A stretch of DNA of 64,000 bases from an uncultured Candidatus Saccharibacteria bacterium (GTDB lineage Bacteria; Patescibacteriota; Minisyncoccia; UBA6257): the NCBI GenBank assembly GCA_964618625.1, contig CAZUBI010000001.1, positions 332,266-396,265 on the forward strand, written 5' to 3'. Made by a program: the position numbers and the translations under genes. This document shows, piece by piece, positions 8,445-17,960 of the stretch; position 1 is the stretch's first letter, and every line of letters begins with the position of its first letter. The notes under the pieces were generated by a model. The model was not told the DNA's origin, did no database searches, and was given only the letters and a program-made list of their open reading frames with translations.

Positions 8445-9279
8445 AAATTTGTCTCCATAAATTTATCGCTTTTTCATGATCATTGCTGTCCCCATAAGTA
8501 TAGTACCATGCATCTCGTGCTTTATCTCTCGCTGTTTCAAGCCTCTTTACTGCTTCATTTCGCTTATTGTAATCAAGATAGTTGTCAATATAATCTCCTT
8601 CATGCCAAAAAGATAATTTTACCAATTCCATAGCCTTGTCGAAATATTGAAAGATATTCCACGGATAATCAGACAATTTGCCACTAAAAATTTTCAATGC
8701 AATAACCTCAATATGAAATGATTGAAGAAATGAGCTATGCTGGTGATTCCACCATTTTATCATTTTTACAATTCTCTTAAAGAATTCACCGCATACCTTA
8801 TTTTTATCGCTCATTGCCGTAGAGTGTTTACGTGGCCTTGATTGAATCCATGTTTCATTATTCATGTCTGGAACACTATAATAATTTACACTACCATCAT
8901 TGTTCGTAGTGCGAGATACTGGAACAATATCTACATTAGGCCATGTTTTGTAATGAAGTGTTACGGCTTGTCCATTCTTGCGAACATTCGTTTTATACCC
9001 TGCAAGTGTATCACGAACATTTTGGAGTATTTGAGAAGGTTTCTTGTTTTCTATATGTTTACCATAATGCAAAACTACAATCACATCAAGATCAGCATAT
9101 CCTTTTACTGCCGTATATCTAGGAATGGAACCAGAAGTAAATGCCTCAATTATTGTGAAGTCATTTTCTAATGATGATATAATATCGTCTTTTCTTTTGT
9201 TTGCTATATCACGATGATTTCCTGTTAGCTCTATATTTTCTCGGAATTTATCAAAAGATACTGGTACAGTATAAGGCAT
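8413..9279 (-). CDS. SMODS / CD-NTase-like nucleotidyltransferase
   Basis: GS...[DE]h[DE]h motif: TSGSIPRYTAVKGYADLDVIVVL. A third acidic residue is in NVDIVPV. 288 aa. Confidence 0.6.
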   Translation of the reverse strand: MPYTVPVSFDKFRENIELTGNHRDIANKRKDDIISSLENDFTIIEAFTSGSIPRYTAVKGYADLDVIVVLHYGKHIENKKPSQILQNVRDTLAGYKTNVRKNGQAVTLHYKTWPNVDIVPVSRTTNNDGSVNYYSVPDMNNETWIQSRPRKHSTAMSDKNKVCGEFFKRIVKMIKWWNHQHSSFLQSFHIEVIALKIFSGKLSDYPWNIFQYFDKAMELVKLSFWHEGDYIDNYLDYNKRNEAVKRLETARDKARDAWYYTYGDSNDHEKAINLWRQIFGNKFPVYGN

Positions 9280-9338
9280 ATTTTTATTTTAATTTTTAAA
9301 TTAATTTTTCGACCTTTTTAATTTTTTCTTTCATAGAT

Positions 9339-9650
9339 TCATTTATTTTGCTCTTTCTTCGCTGAATTAAAAATATTAGCTTCTATCTTTTTCATTATTT
9401 TTCCGCTAATAGATATATAAACAATAAAAGATAAAACAATTGTTGTGATTCCAGCTATCCAAGAAAAAATAAAAAACGTAGCAATAATTAATATCACCCC
9501 TAAAATAATAAGAGAATTATTCCAAATTAAAGCATTTGGTTTTTTAGATAGAATCTCCTTGGACCAAGTATTATTAACAGCAATGTAGGTAATAATCAAC
9601 ATTAATCCTAGCAATAGTAAATAGAAAATGTTTCCAAAAAATTCAAACAT
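9339..9650 (-). CDS. Hypothetical membrane protein with three TM helices
   Basis: 103 aa, strongly hydrophobic. Confidence 0.35.
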   Translation of the reverse strand: MFEFFGNIFYLLLLGLMLIITYIAVNNTWSKEILSKKPNALIWNNSLIILGVILIIATFFIFSWIAGITTIVLSFIVYISISGKIMKKIEANIFNSAKKEQNK

Positions 9651-9704
9651 AAATTTATTTTAACTTCTTTCACCACGCCTACTACCCATTGTTTATTTTA
9701 CCAA

Positions 9705-9727
9705 AAAATCGCCTCTCTGGCGATTCT
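9705..9727 (-). terminator. Terminator hairpin AAAATCGCC-tctct-GGCGATTCT after rpsP, a paralogue of the 6433..6455 hairpin
   Basis: Inverted repeat followed by a T-run on the minus strand. Confidence 0.45.
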
Positions 9728-9732
9728 AATTT

Positions 9733-9754
9733 GCTGGGGGACTAGGATTCGAAC
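9733..9754. repeat. tRNA 3'-end-like fragment (minus-strand reading GTTCGAATCCTAGTCCCCCAGC), copy C of the island-bounding motif
   Basis: On the minus strand it reads as a T-loop TTCGAAT, then a stem, then an acceptor-like TCCCCCA. No full tRNA is present. Confidence 0.35.
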
Positions 9755-9786
9755 TTTAAAATAAATAACTCAAAATAGTTATTTTT

Positions 9787-10347
9787 CTATTTTTCTCTGT
9801 TGCTTTTCTTTTTAACTTTTTCTTTGACCTCTTTTTCTTTTTTCTTTTCCTTTTTTGGCTCCTCTTTCTTTTCTTTAGCTTTTTCTTCAGGTTTTGCTTC
9901 AGCTGGCTTCTCTTCAGGTTTTGTCTCATCTTTTGTTTCTTCAACAGGTTTCTCTTCTACCTTTTCTTCAGATTCTTCCTCAGGCTTATCTTTGGTTGGT
10001 TTTTCTTCAATCTTCTCTTCAGTTGCTGGCACCTGCTCCATCTTTTCTCCAGTTTCAGCTTTTACTTTTTTCTCTTTTTTCTTTCTAATAGTAATGGGCC
10101 TTTTTTTGCCTTCAATAATTTTTGCTCGTATTAAAAGATTATAGCAAGAATCTGAAGGTTGAGCCCCTTGACTAATCCAATAAAGAATTCTTTCTTTTTT
10201 TAATTCAAATTTATTTATTCGCGGATCCCACCATCCTAAAATTTCTTTTGATTTGCCGCTATTAACAGCTATTTTAGAATCTACGGCTATTATCCGAAAA
10301 ATAAAATCCCTTTTTTTACCTTGTCTTTGAAATCGTAAAGTTAACAT
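9787..10347 (-). CDS. rpsP: 30S ribosomal protein S16 with a long Lys/Glu/Pro-rich C-terminal tail
   Basis: The N-terminus MLTLRFQRQGKKRDFIFRIIAVDS is a bS16 signature. The tail is about 100 aa of K/E/P low complexity. Confidence 0.85.
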   Translation of the reverse strand: MLTLRFQRQGKKRDFIFRIIAVDSKIAVNSGKSKEILGWWDPRINKFELKKERILYWISQGAQPSDSCYNLLIRAKIIEGKKRPITIRKKKEKKVKAETGEKMEQVPATEEKIEEKPTKDKPEEESEEKVEEKPVEETKDETKPEEKPAEAKPEEKAKEKKEEPKKEKKKEKEVKEKVKKKSNREK

Positions 10348-10387
10348 AGTTTATACATCCTAATTGAAAACATTTAAAAAGTCAATT

Positions 10388-13300
10388 TTATATATCCAAA
10401 TTTCTTACTTTTTGGGCATAAGCTTGAATGAATTTTTTCCTTGGTAATACTTCTTTACCCATTAAAATATCAAATAATCTATCTGCCTCTTCTGCGTCTT
10501 CAATAGTAACTTGCTTCAAAACCCTCTTCTCAGGATCCATAGTTGTATCCCATAATTGATCTGGGTTCATTTCTCCTAACCCTTTGTATCGTTGAATAGA
10601 AATTCCTTTCATTAATTCTTCGTTGCTGCCATCAGAAAGTTCTTCTTTTTCTACAGCTAAAATAGCTTCATCTTTACCTTCTTCAACTAATTTTAATTTT
10701 CGCACCTTGGATTTGGAAAGCTTTCCCTTTTTTTCTTCAACTTTGCCTTGTATTTTTTCCAATACTTTTTGTTTTTCTGCCTCTGTATAGGCGTAATGAA
10801 ATTCTTTGCCTTTTTGAATCCGATACAGAGGAGGTTGCGCAATATAAAGATATCCAGCTTCAATAATTGGTCTGAAGTAGCGGAAAAACAATGTTAAAAG
10901 CAAGCTGCGGATATGAGCACCATCAGTATTATGAAGTAAAAATCCACCAGTACCAGCAACAAAATTTTCATCTTTTTTAACGGCAAAATCATAAACAAAA
11001 GGAATCTCCGTTTTAATCTTTTTTATTGAAGTTATTGGCAAAAGAACTGAATCACCAATGCGAATCTTTTTATAGCTACTTCTTCTCCTATCAGCTTTAA
11101 CAAGATAATTTTCTAATGCTTTGCTCCTCTTGTGATTTTTCCAAACATCTTTTAATCTCTCCAATTGACTAATTCCTTTAACCGAGATAAGACGTCCTGG
11201 ATAATTACTTCTTATCATTACCCCGTCTTTGCGCAGATGGTCTTTTGAAAATCGCATAGTACTTTCAGGAAAAATGCCAAGTTGGCGAAATAGCAAAACA
11301 ATACCGTCTGATAAATTTTCTGAGGCAGTGGTAAAAGTTAATTTTACATCTAATTTCTCTTTACAAGATTTTACAACAATACTTCCATCGCTTTCTAAGT
11401 AACCACGTAGGAAAGCTTGTTGAATTTTTGGATTGACACTAAAAATTTCCTCTGGAACAAACTTTTCATATGATTTCTTTCCCAAAAGCCCTAAAGATTG
11501 AAGGATTAATTTAAATTCATATGAATGAAATACTAATTGATTGTTGTTATCATTTCTTTTATCTATGAATGCTTTTGCTCCTAAAACATTATCTATGGCC
11601 TTAATAAGTTCTGGGCTATACAATTTTTTGTCTCTTCCTAAAGATAAAATAAAACGATTAGGGTTCTTTTTTTGAGACGCAAAACAACCATCGCCAATAT
11701 AAAAACCTAAGAGATAAGCAAAATCTTCATTAAGGTCAAATGCAACTTTGAGTTTTCGGGTGTGATTTTTAAAATAATACTCAATAGCATCGCTAGTTTC
11801 CAAACACGAAGATAAAGGAATGTATGCCGAAGCGTTTTTTAAAACTTTTTTTTCTTCTAAATTCAATCCCGTAAGATACTCTTTAAAAATTTTATAACGA
11901 GGCATAACATTATCAATCTTCAACTCCCATTGCTCTAATACTGTAGTATAAACTCCAATAGCTACCCCCAATCTTTTTCTCGATATTCCTTTTCCCTGAC
12001 GCCTTAATTGAAGTTTTTGCCAGTATTTAGAACTAATATCAATCCAAGCATCATTAGGAATAAACTTCATCTTTGAAGCCAGAACTTTTATTTGAATATT
12101 TTTTGCTTCTTCAGAATGTTTTAAAAGCGGGCTGATATCTATTTTTATCTTTTGATTTAACCGAGACATTGAAGCAGGAAAAACAATTCTGTCGCCAATC
12201 TTTAATTTTGTAGTTGGTACTGTGATAAAATTTCCATAACGATAAACAAACACATTATGGCATGAGGTTATTTTCATCTTATATCCATAGCGAGTTTTTA
12301 TCTCATAAAGGCTGCCTCTTAATGGATGACGTATTGTTTTTTCAATATCTCTTAAAGAAAAAGTTTTTTTGTCTAAATCACAAGCAAAAACCTGATATCT
12401 TTCTGTATCCTGACATTGGTTTTCTATAAATTCACCTGTTTTTACTAATTTTAATCTTTGTTGTTGTTTATCAAAAACAAAAATTGGCGTATCATAAGCC
12501 ACGCTATCAGCGTCAGTCATTATGACAATCTTATGATAACGAAGTTTATCAATATTAAAATCTTCACTTATTGCTGTTCCCAAAGCCACAATTAAAGCCT
12601 TTATTTCTTCGGAAGCCATCATTCTGTCAAAGCGACTTTTTTCTACATTCAAAATCTTGCCTTTTAAAGGGAGAATTGCTTGTGTGTTTCTGTTTCTCCC
12701 CATTTTTGAGCTATTATGAACAAATATACCACTTGATAACGCAAAATTATGTGTCCCTGGAACTTCTATATCGTAAACATCTATCTTTTCCTGTAATAGA
12801 ATTATTGATTTAATTCGATGATTATAATTAACGACTGCCTCATGTAATTTTTTCTCATCCCCTGCAAAAAATCTTTGGCAAATTGTATTATACCTTATAA
12901 GAGTTTTATCGTTTGTATTTTTTCTAATTAAATTATAAGAATCTTTATTAATTTTATTCTCCTTTTGATAAATTTCATACAAAACCTCTATGCATCTTCT
13001 TAGATATGTTTTGTTATAAGAAATTATCCTTTTTTTTCTAAATTCATCTGTCCATTGTTTTTTAGTCATTTCGGATCGCCAGTTTCTTAAATTTAAATTA
13101 TCCCATTGTTTCTTTGCTAATTCCGAATATTCCTTTTTCTTATCTGGATGATTTTCAAAGTATTCTTTAGTTCTTTTAGATTGTTTCTCTCTATTTTGCC
13201 AATCAGCCCAATATCTTTTTTGGGACTGATCAAGAATCTTTTTGCTTTTTGCCCTATATTCTGCATTGTTATTATAAAACTCCAAAAATTTTTGAGCCAT

Positions 13301-15361
13301 ATAGTTTTTGTACTCCTCGTTCTGCCATTGTTTCTTTGCCCTTTTGCTTAGCATCTTTTTCATCTCAGGCGTAGACATAATTTTTCTAATCTTTTCTCTA
13401 TACTCGATTGATTTGTGTGCTTGTCTGGCTTTTTCTATTACATCGGGGCGACGCAGAGTATGTTCTATATAATCATAATGGAGGTTCATATGCTGTTTGT
13501 AAGAAAATCGCTGAATGTTTATTGGATTATTATTTAATTTATTAAAATCTAAATGATGACGATGTTTTCCATCAGAAACTGAATAAATACCATTTTCAAG
13601 ATTAAATATATCAGCCAATATATGGGTATACATCCATTTCCTGGCTTTAGGGTCAAAGACCATTTCGTAACCATCTAAACCATATTTTCCTTGCCTCTTT
13701 GACACTTCTCGATAAAGAGGAGCAATGCTGTGTTGAGGAGTCAACTGAATAGCGGAAATATAACTACCATCAACTAATCTAAACCGATGATCAGGAGTAC
13801 AAATTAATTCCTCTCCATTGTCTAAAATAATTTTAATAACTTTTGTATTCTTTTTAGTCATCCTCGGGTCTAATATGGAAGCAATACCAATGTGTCCATT
13901 ATTCTGTATGGTGTAACAAAAATTTTTCTTGCCCTGCTTGTATTCTTTAATTAATGCTTTAAAAGAAAGATTACGTCCATCAGTTAATGCAATCTCTGTA
14001 TCTCCACTCCAACACCCGCCGGCAGAATCGCCCTCAACTATAAACAATTCTGATTCTTCTGCATTTTTTGAAATACAATCAGCTAATTTTCCAGGTAAAG
14101 TCATTCCTTCTAAAACCCCTTTTCTAAGAATATTCTCTCGAGCTTTTTTGGCAGCTTGTCGGGCTCGAGCGCTTAATAAAGATTTTTCAAGAATCCTTTT
14201 GGCGTCTTCCTTGTTGGCTTCTAAAAACTCTTTAAAGTTTTCCCCCACAACTTGTTCTACGGCAGTTCGCGCTTCTGGATTTCCTAATTTTGCTTTTGTT
14301 TGCCCTTCAAATTGAGGCTCTCTTAATTTTACACTGACTACGGTCACTAATCCTTCGCGAGTGTCTTCTCCACTAAAACCAATATCCCCATTTTTAAATA
14401 TTCCCTGCTCTTTGGCATAATCGTTTAAAGTTCTGGTTAATGCTGATCGAAAACCAGTCAAATGCATTCCTCCTTCTGGAGTATGAATATTATTAGCAAA
14501 AGCTTTTTCTGTACTCTCAGAATCATCGGTATAAAGCAAGGCAACCTCAACTAAAATTCCTTCTTTCTCTTGCTTGACATAAAAAATATTATTAGTTAAA
14601 CAATGAGCAGTTCTTGCCAAATATTGAACTAAAGTAATAATTCCGCTTTCAAAATAAAAAGTATAAGAAGGAAGAAGAGCGCTTTCTCTATTATCTTCAA
14701 ATTTAATTGTAGTACCTGATGTGAGATATGCCTGTTGTCTTAAATGATCAAGAATCTTTTTTGTATCAAACTTAATTTCTTTAAAGATTTCCGGATCTGG
14801 CTCAAAAATGATTTTTGTTCCAGATTTTTCGCATTTGCCTATTTTTTTAAGTTTTGTCTTTGGTTTTCCTCGATTATATTCTTGGCTATATAACATTCCA
14901 TCACGGCAGATTTCTGCTTGTAAATATTCTGAAAGGGCATTCACAACTGAAATCCCTACGCCGTGCAATCCTCCAGCTACTTTATAGGATTTTCCTCCAA
15001 ATTTTCCACCAGCATGCAAAGTACACATTACAGTTTCCAATGCTGATTTTTTCGTCTTTTTATGAATGTCCACAGGAATTCCTCTTCCATCATCTGTTAC
15101 AGCCACTTTATTTTCTTTCAATATCTGTACTTTAATATTTTTGGCATAACCACCCATTGCTTCGTCAATCGAATTATCTACACATTCCCAAATTAAATGA
15201 TGCAAGCCCTCGGGACCAGTAGATCCAATATACATACCAGGTCTTTTTCGAACCGGGTCCAATCCTTCTAAGACATAAATATCTTTAGCTGTGTAGGAAT
15301 TCTCCTCTATATTATTAAGAGAATCTTTAACTTTTTTTGTTTTTTTTACAGGTTTAATCAT
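10388..15361 (-). CDS. gyrB: DNA gyrase subunit B precursor containing two inteins
   Basis: GHKL ATPase N-terminus, the EGDSAGG motif, and IMTDAD...DGAHIRSLLLTLFFR. The mature length would be about 697 aa. The two inteins are 434 aa and 526 aa. Confidence 0.9.
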   Translation of the reverse strand: MIKPVKKTKKVKDSLNNIEENSYTAKDIYVLEGLDPVRKRPGMYIGSTGPEGLHHLIWECVDNSIDEAMGGYAKNIKVQILKENKVAVTDDGRGIPVDIHKKTKKSALETVMCTLHAGGKFGGKSYKVAGGLHGVGISVVNALSEYLQAEICRDGMLYSQEYNRGKPKTKLKKIGKCEKSGTKIIFEPDPEIFKEIKFDTKKILDHLRQQAYLTSGTTIKFEDNRESALLPSYTFYFESGIITLVQYLARTAHCLTNNIFYVKQEKEGILVEVALLYTDDSESTEKAFANNIHTPEGGMHLTGFRSALTRTLNDYAKEQGIFKNGDIGFSGEDTREGLVTVVSVKLREPQFEGQTKAKLGNPEARTAVEQVVGENFKEFLEANKEDAKRILEKSLLSARARQAAKKARENILRKGVLEGMTLPGKLADCISKNAEESELFIVEGDSAGGCWSGDTEIALTDGRNLSFKALIKEYKQGKKNFCYTIQNNGHIGIASILDPRMTKKNTKVIKIILDNGEELICTPDHRFRLVDGSYISAIQLTPQHSIAPLYREVSKRQGKYGLDGYEMVFDPKARKWMYTHILADIFNLENGIYSVSDGKHRHHLDFNKLNNNPINIQRFSYKQHMNLHYDYIEHTLRRPDVIEKARQAHKSIEYREKIRKIMSTPEMKKMLSKRAKKQWQNEEYKNYMAQKFLEFYNNNAEYRAKSKKILDQSQKRYWADWQNREKQSKRTKEYFENHPDKKKEYSELAKKQWDNLNLRNWRSEMTKKQWTDEFRKKRIISYNKTYLRRCIEVLYEIYQKENKINKDSYNLIRKNTNDKTLIRYNTICQRFFAGDEKKLHEAVVNYNHRIKSIILLQEKIDVYDIEVPGTHNFALSSGIFVHNSSKMGRNRNTQAILPLKGKILNVEKSRFDRMMASEEIKALIVALGTAISEDFNIDKLRYHKIVIMTDADSVAYDTPIFVFDKQQQRLKLVKTGEFIENQCQDTERYQVFACDLDKKTFSLRDIEKTIRHPLRGSLYEIKTRYGYKMKITSCHNVFVYRYGNFITVPTTKLKIGDRIVFPASMSRLNQKIKIDISPLLKHSEEAKNIQIKVLASKMKFIPNDAWIDISSKYWQKLQLRRQGKGISRKRLGVAIGVYTTVLEQWELKIDNVMPRYKIFKEYLTGLNLEEKKVLKNASAYIPLSSCLETSDAIEYYFKNHTRKLKVAFDLNEDFAYLLGFYIGDGCFASQKKNPNRFILSLGRDKKLYSPELIKAIDNVLGAKAFIDKRNDNNNQLVFHSYEFKLILQSLGLLGKKSYEKFVPEEIFSVNPKIQQAFLRGYLESDGSIVVKSCKEKLDVKLTFTTASENLSDGIVLLFRQLGIFPESTMRFSKDHLRKDGVMIRSNYPGRLISVKGISQLERLKDVWKNHKRSKALENYLVKADRRRSSYKKIRIGDSVLLPITSIKKIKTEIPFVYDFAVKKDENFVAGTGGFLLHNTDGAHIRSLLLTLFFRYFRPIIEAGYLYIAQPPLYRIQKGKEFHYAYTEAEKQKVLEKIQGKVEEKKGKLSKSKVRKLKLVEEGKDEAILAVEKEELSDGSNEELMKGISIQRYKGLGEMNPDQLWDTTMDPEKRVLKQVTIEDAEEADRLFDILMGKEVLPRKKFIQAYAQKVRNLDI
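10928..12505 (-). mobile_element. gyrB intein 2 (526 aa) with a LAGLIDADG homing endonuclease domain, inserted in TDAD|(V)DG
   Basis: It starts SVAYDT and ends FLLHN, followed by T+1. The LAGLIDADG motifs FAYLLGFYIGDGCF and FLRGYLESDGSI keep the catalytic Asp. Confidence 0.75.
12713..14014 (-). mobile_element. gyrB intein 1 (434 aa) with an HNH-type homing endonuclease domain, inserted after EGDSAGG
   Basis: It starts CWSGDTEIAL and ends FVHN, followed by S+1. The TPDHRF block B is present. The HNH region is GKHRHHLDFNKLNNNPINIQ...QHMNLH. Confidence 0.7.
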
Positions 15362-15366
15362 ATTAA

Positions 15367-17418
15367 TTATCGTATTTCTGCTCCAATGCCCTTTAATGCT
15401 TTATAAATTTTCTCCATTTCTTTATCTACTTCTATATTTTTTAAAGTATGATCATTGGCGCGAAAAGTTAAATGAAAAGACAAGCTTTTAGTGCCTGATG
15501 AAAGATTTTTCCCCACATATATATCAAACAAATCCACGTCTTCAAGATTAGCTGGGGAAGCCTCTTGGATAATATTTAATATTCTATCTACTAAAACATT
15601 CTGAGCAATAATAAAAGAAATATCTCTGATAATTGCCGGGTATTTTGGAAGTGATTGGAACTCTCTTTCTTCTTTAACAATTTCCAATAAAGGCAAAAGT
15701 TTAATTTCCCAAAAAACCGATTTGCCCTCGCAATCATATTTTTTTAATAAGTCTTTTTTAAGACTGCCTATTATGCCAATTAAATCTTTGTTTTTGTAAA
15801 TTGCGGCTCCTTGTTGTAATAAAAGCGAATACTCAGTACCTTCTAATGGTTTGAAACTATAATTATCTCTATCAATACCAAGGCGGTTAAATAAATCTTC
15901 AATAATTCCCTTTGCTTGATAAAACATAGTGGAATCATCACATTTTTCTTTTTGAGCTAAGACACCTGAAAAGACAAAATATTCTTTCAAGTTTTTACTA
16001 TCTTTAAGGTAGGTTTTGCCTATTTCAAAAAATCTGATTTTATCAACAAAAGAAAAATTATAATTTATGTTTTTTAGAAAATTGATTAAAAGAGTCGGGC
16101 GTAAATATTTAGTTAAGACACTGGTTGGATTTTGTATCTCTATAAGTTTCTGTTGCCATTTATTGGGTAAAATATCTTTATCTTTTTCTGATATAAATGA
16201 ATAATTATATACTTCCTCTAAATTATATCCCTTGAGCCAATCTTTCACTTGTTTTCGAAATTCAAAAAACTCGTTTTGTAAAGGAAGGGCTAGAATCTCC
16301 TGTGGAATAATAGAATCTATTTTATCAATCCCATACAAACGAGCTACTTCACCCATTACATCTTCTTTTATTTTTATATCATTTCGAAAAGGCGGCGGGG
16401 AAATCAAGAGATAATCTTTTCTTTCTTGAGTAAAAAAACCTAAAAGAGAAAGATAATGAATAATTTCCCTTTTTTTAATTGGCCACCCTAAAAACTTTTC
16501 CCAATTTTCCCATTTAATGGGAATTAATATTTTTTCTTCTTTAGAGATTCCTTGTCCTACTTTACCTTTTAATATATCTCCTCCAGCTAATTCCTGGATT
16601 AACTGAGCTAAACGATCAATTGCGTAGTCAGTTAATTCCAGAGGAATATTATGTTCAAATCTCCAAGAAGCGTCAGTCCTTAGGCCTAATTTCTGAGAAG
16701 TAAGTCGAATATTTACCCCGTTAAAATTAGCGCTTTCTAAAACTATATTTGTTGTATCCTTACTTATTCCAGCCATTTTTCCTCCTTTTATCCCAGCCAA
16801 AGCCAATGGATTCTTGTTATCAGCAATAAGCATTATACTCTCATCTAAATCATATGTTTCATCTTCCAAAGTAATAATTTTTTCATTCTTCTTCGCCTGC
16901 CTTATAATTATTTCTTTTTTATTAGCAACTGTTAATTTAGAACAAATTTTATCAAAATCAAAGGTATGAAGAGGCTGGCCTGTTTCCAGCATTACATAAT
17001 TAGCAGTATCTACAACATTATTAATGGAACGTACGCCACAATCAGCTAACACGTCTTTTAACCATCTTGGAGATTCTTTTACTTTCACTCCTTGAAGCAA
17101 TCTTGCTAAATAATAGTTACAATTTTGATCTTTTATTTGAACGTTCAAAAAATCTTTAGTAAATATATCTTTTTCCTTTAAATTAATTCTGGGATAAATA
17201 AATCTCTTTCCTAAAATCGCGCCAATTTCTCTAGCCAAACCTAAATGACCTGACGCTTTAGCTACCTGATTAGATAAAAGTTCCACATCTAAAACAGGTC
17301 TTTTGCCGCGGCGTTTAACTGTTGTTTCAGCAAAATACATTGTTAAAATGTCTGCCAGTTTTTCAGGAGATTCTTTAAACTTCAATAAATCTTTTAGCCA
17401 ATTGTATGAAAATTTCAT
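15367..17418 (-). CDS. pheT: Phenylalanine--tRNA ligase beta subunit
   Basis: N-terminus MKFSYNWLKDLL; 683 aa. Confidence 0.9.
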   Translation of the reverse strand: MKFSYNWLKDLLKFKESPEKLADILTMYFAETTVKRRGKRPVLDVELLSNQVAKASGHLGLAREIGAILGKRFIYPRINLKEKDIFTKDFLNVQIKDQNCNYYLARLLQGVKVKESPRWLKDVLADCGVRSINNVVDTANYVMLETGQPLHTFDFDKICSKLTVANKKEIIIRQAKKNEKIITLEDETYDLDESIMLIADNKNPLALAGIKGGKMAGISKDTTNIVLESANFNGVNIRLTSQKLGLRTDASWRFEHNIPLELTDYAIDRLAQLIQELAGGDILKGKVGQGISKEEKILIPIKWENWEKFLGWPIKKREIIHYLSLLGFFTQERKDYLLISPPPFRNDIKIKEDVMGEVARLYGIDKIDSIIPQEILALPLQNEFFEFRKQVKDWLKGYNLEEVYNYSFISEKDKDILPNKWQQKLIEIQNPTSVLTKYLRPTLLINFLKNINYNFSFVDKIRFFEIGKTYLKDSKNLKEYFVFSGVLAQKEKCDDSTMFYQAKGIIEDLFNRLGIDRDNYSFKPLEGTEYSLLLQQGAAIYKNKDLIGIIGSLKKDLLKKYDCEGKSVFWEIKLLPLLEIVKEEREFQSLPKYPAIIRDISFIIAQNVLVDRILNIIQEASPANLEDVDLFDIYVGKNLSSGTKSLSFHLTFRANDHTLKNIEVDKEMEKIYKALKGIGAEIR

Positions 17419-17450
17419 AATAATGTATCCGTATATAATATTTAACTTTT

Positions 17451-17783
17451 TTATCGTTCAAAATCTAGTAATTGAAAAATATCAATCGGTATCTCCTCGT
17501 AAGGGTGTGCTTTTTTTATAGCTGCTATAACATCTTTGACCTTATCTTGTTCACAAACAAATTCAATCTTTACTTCTTCAATTTGTGACATTTCACCTTG
17601 TTTACCTATTACGGGATTAGACCCCTTCATCGACAAAAAATACCCATGCCCACTCGAAACAAAAGCGCAATAATGATAATTCCCAATGCGACCTCCGCCA
17701 CTTTTTCCAATTGATAGACGTACTTTATCAGCAACATTTTTTGGACAAAAAACTTGAATTTTAACGATGTTGTTATTTTCCAT
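17451..17783 (-). CDS. Small CutA/PII-like protein (hypothetical)
   Basis: 110 aa. The C-terminal KKAHPYEEIPIDIF resembles the CutA HPY..PE motif. The assignment is tentative. Confidence 0.3.
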   Translation of the reverse strand: MENNNIVKIQVFCPKNVADKVRLSIGKSGGGRIGNYHYCAFVSSGHGYFLSMKGSNPVIGKQGEMSQIEEVKIEFVCEQDKVKDVIAAIKKAHPYEEIPIDIFQLLDFER

Positions 17784-17960
17784 AGATAGATAAAAAATTA
17801 AATTTCATATAATACGAGCTAATATACGAATTAATGCTAATGATACGAATAAAGCGAGGAAACGTAGTCAAGAAAAAGATTCGGAGATGTTGTTGAGAAA
17901 ACTATAGCGATTAGCGTGTTTTTGAAACAATATTTTGAACCTTTTGATTGGTATCGCGTA

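Noticed and set aside
9756-9944. 62-aa lysine-rich ORF overlapping rpsP
   Set aside because: It is the same-strand alternative frame of the K/E-rich rpsP tail, a homopolymeric artefact.
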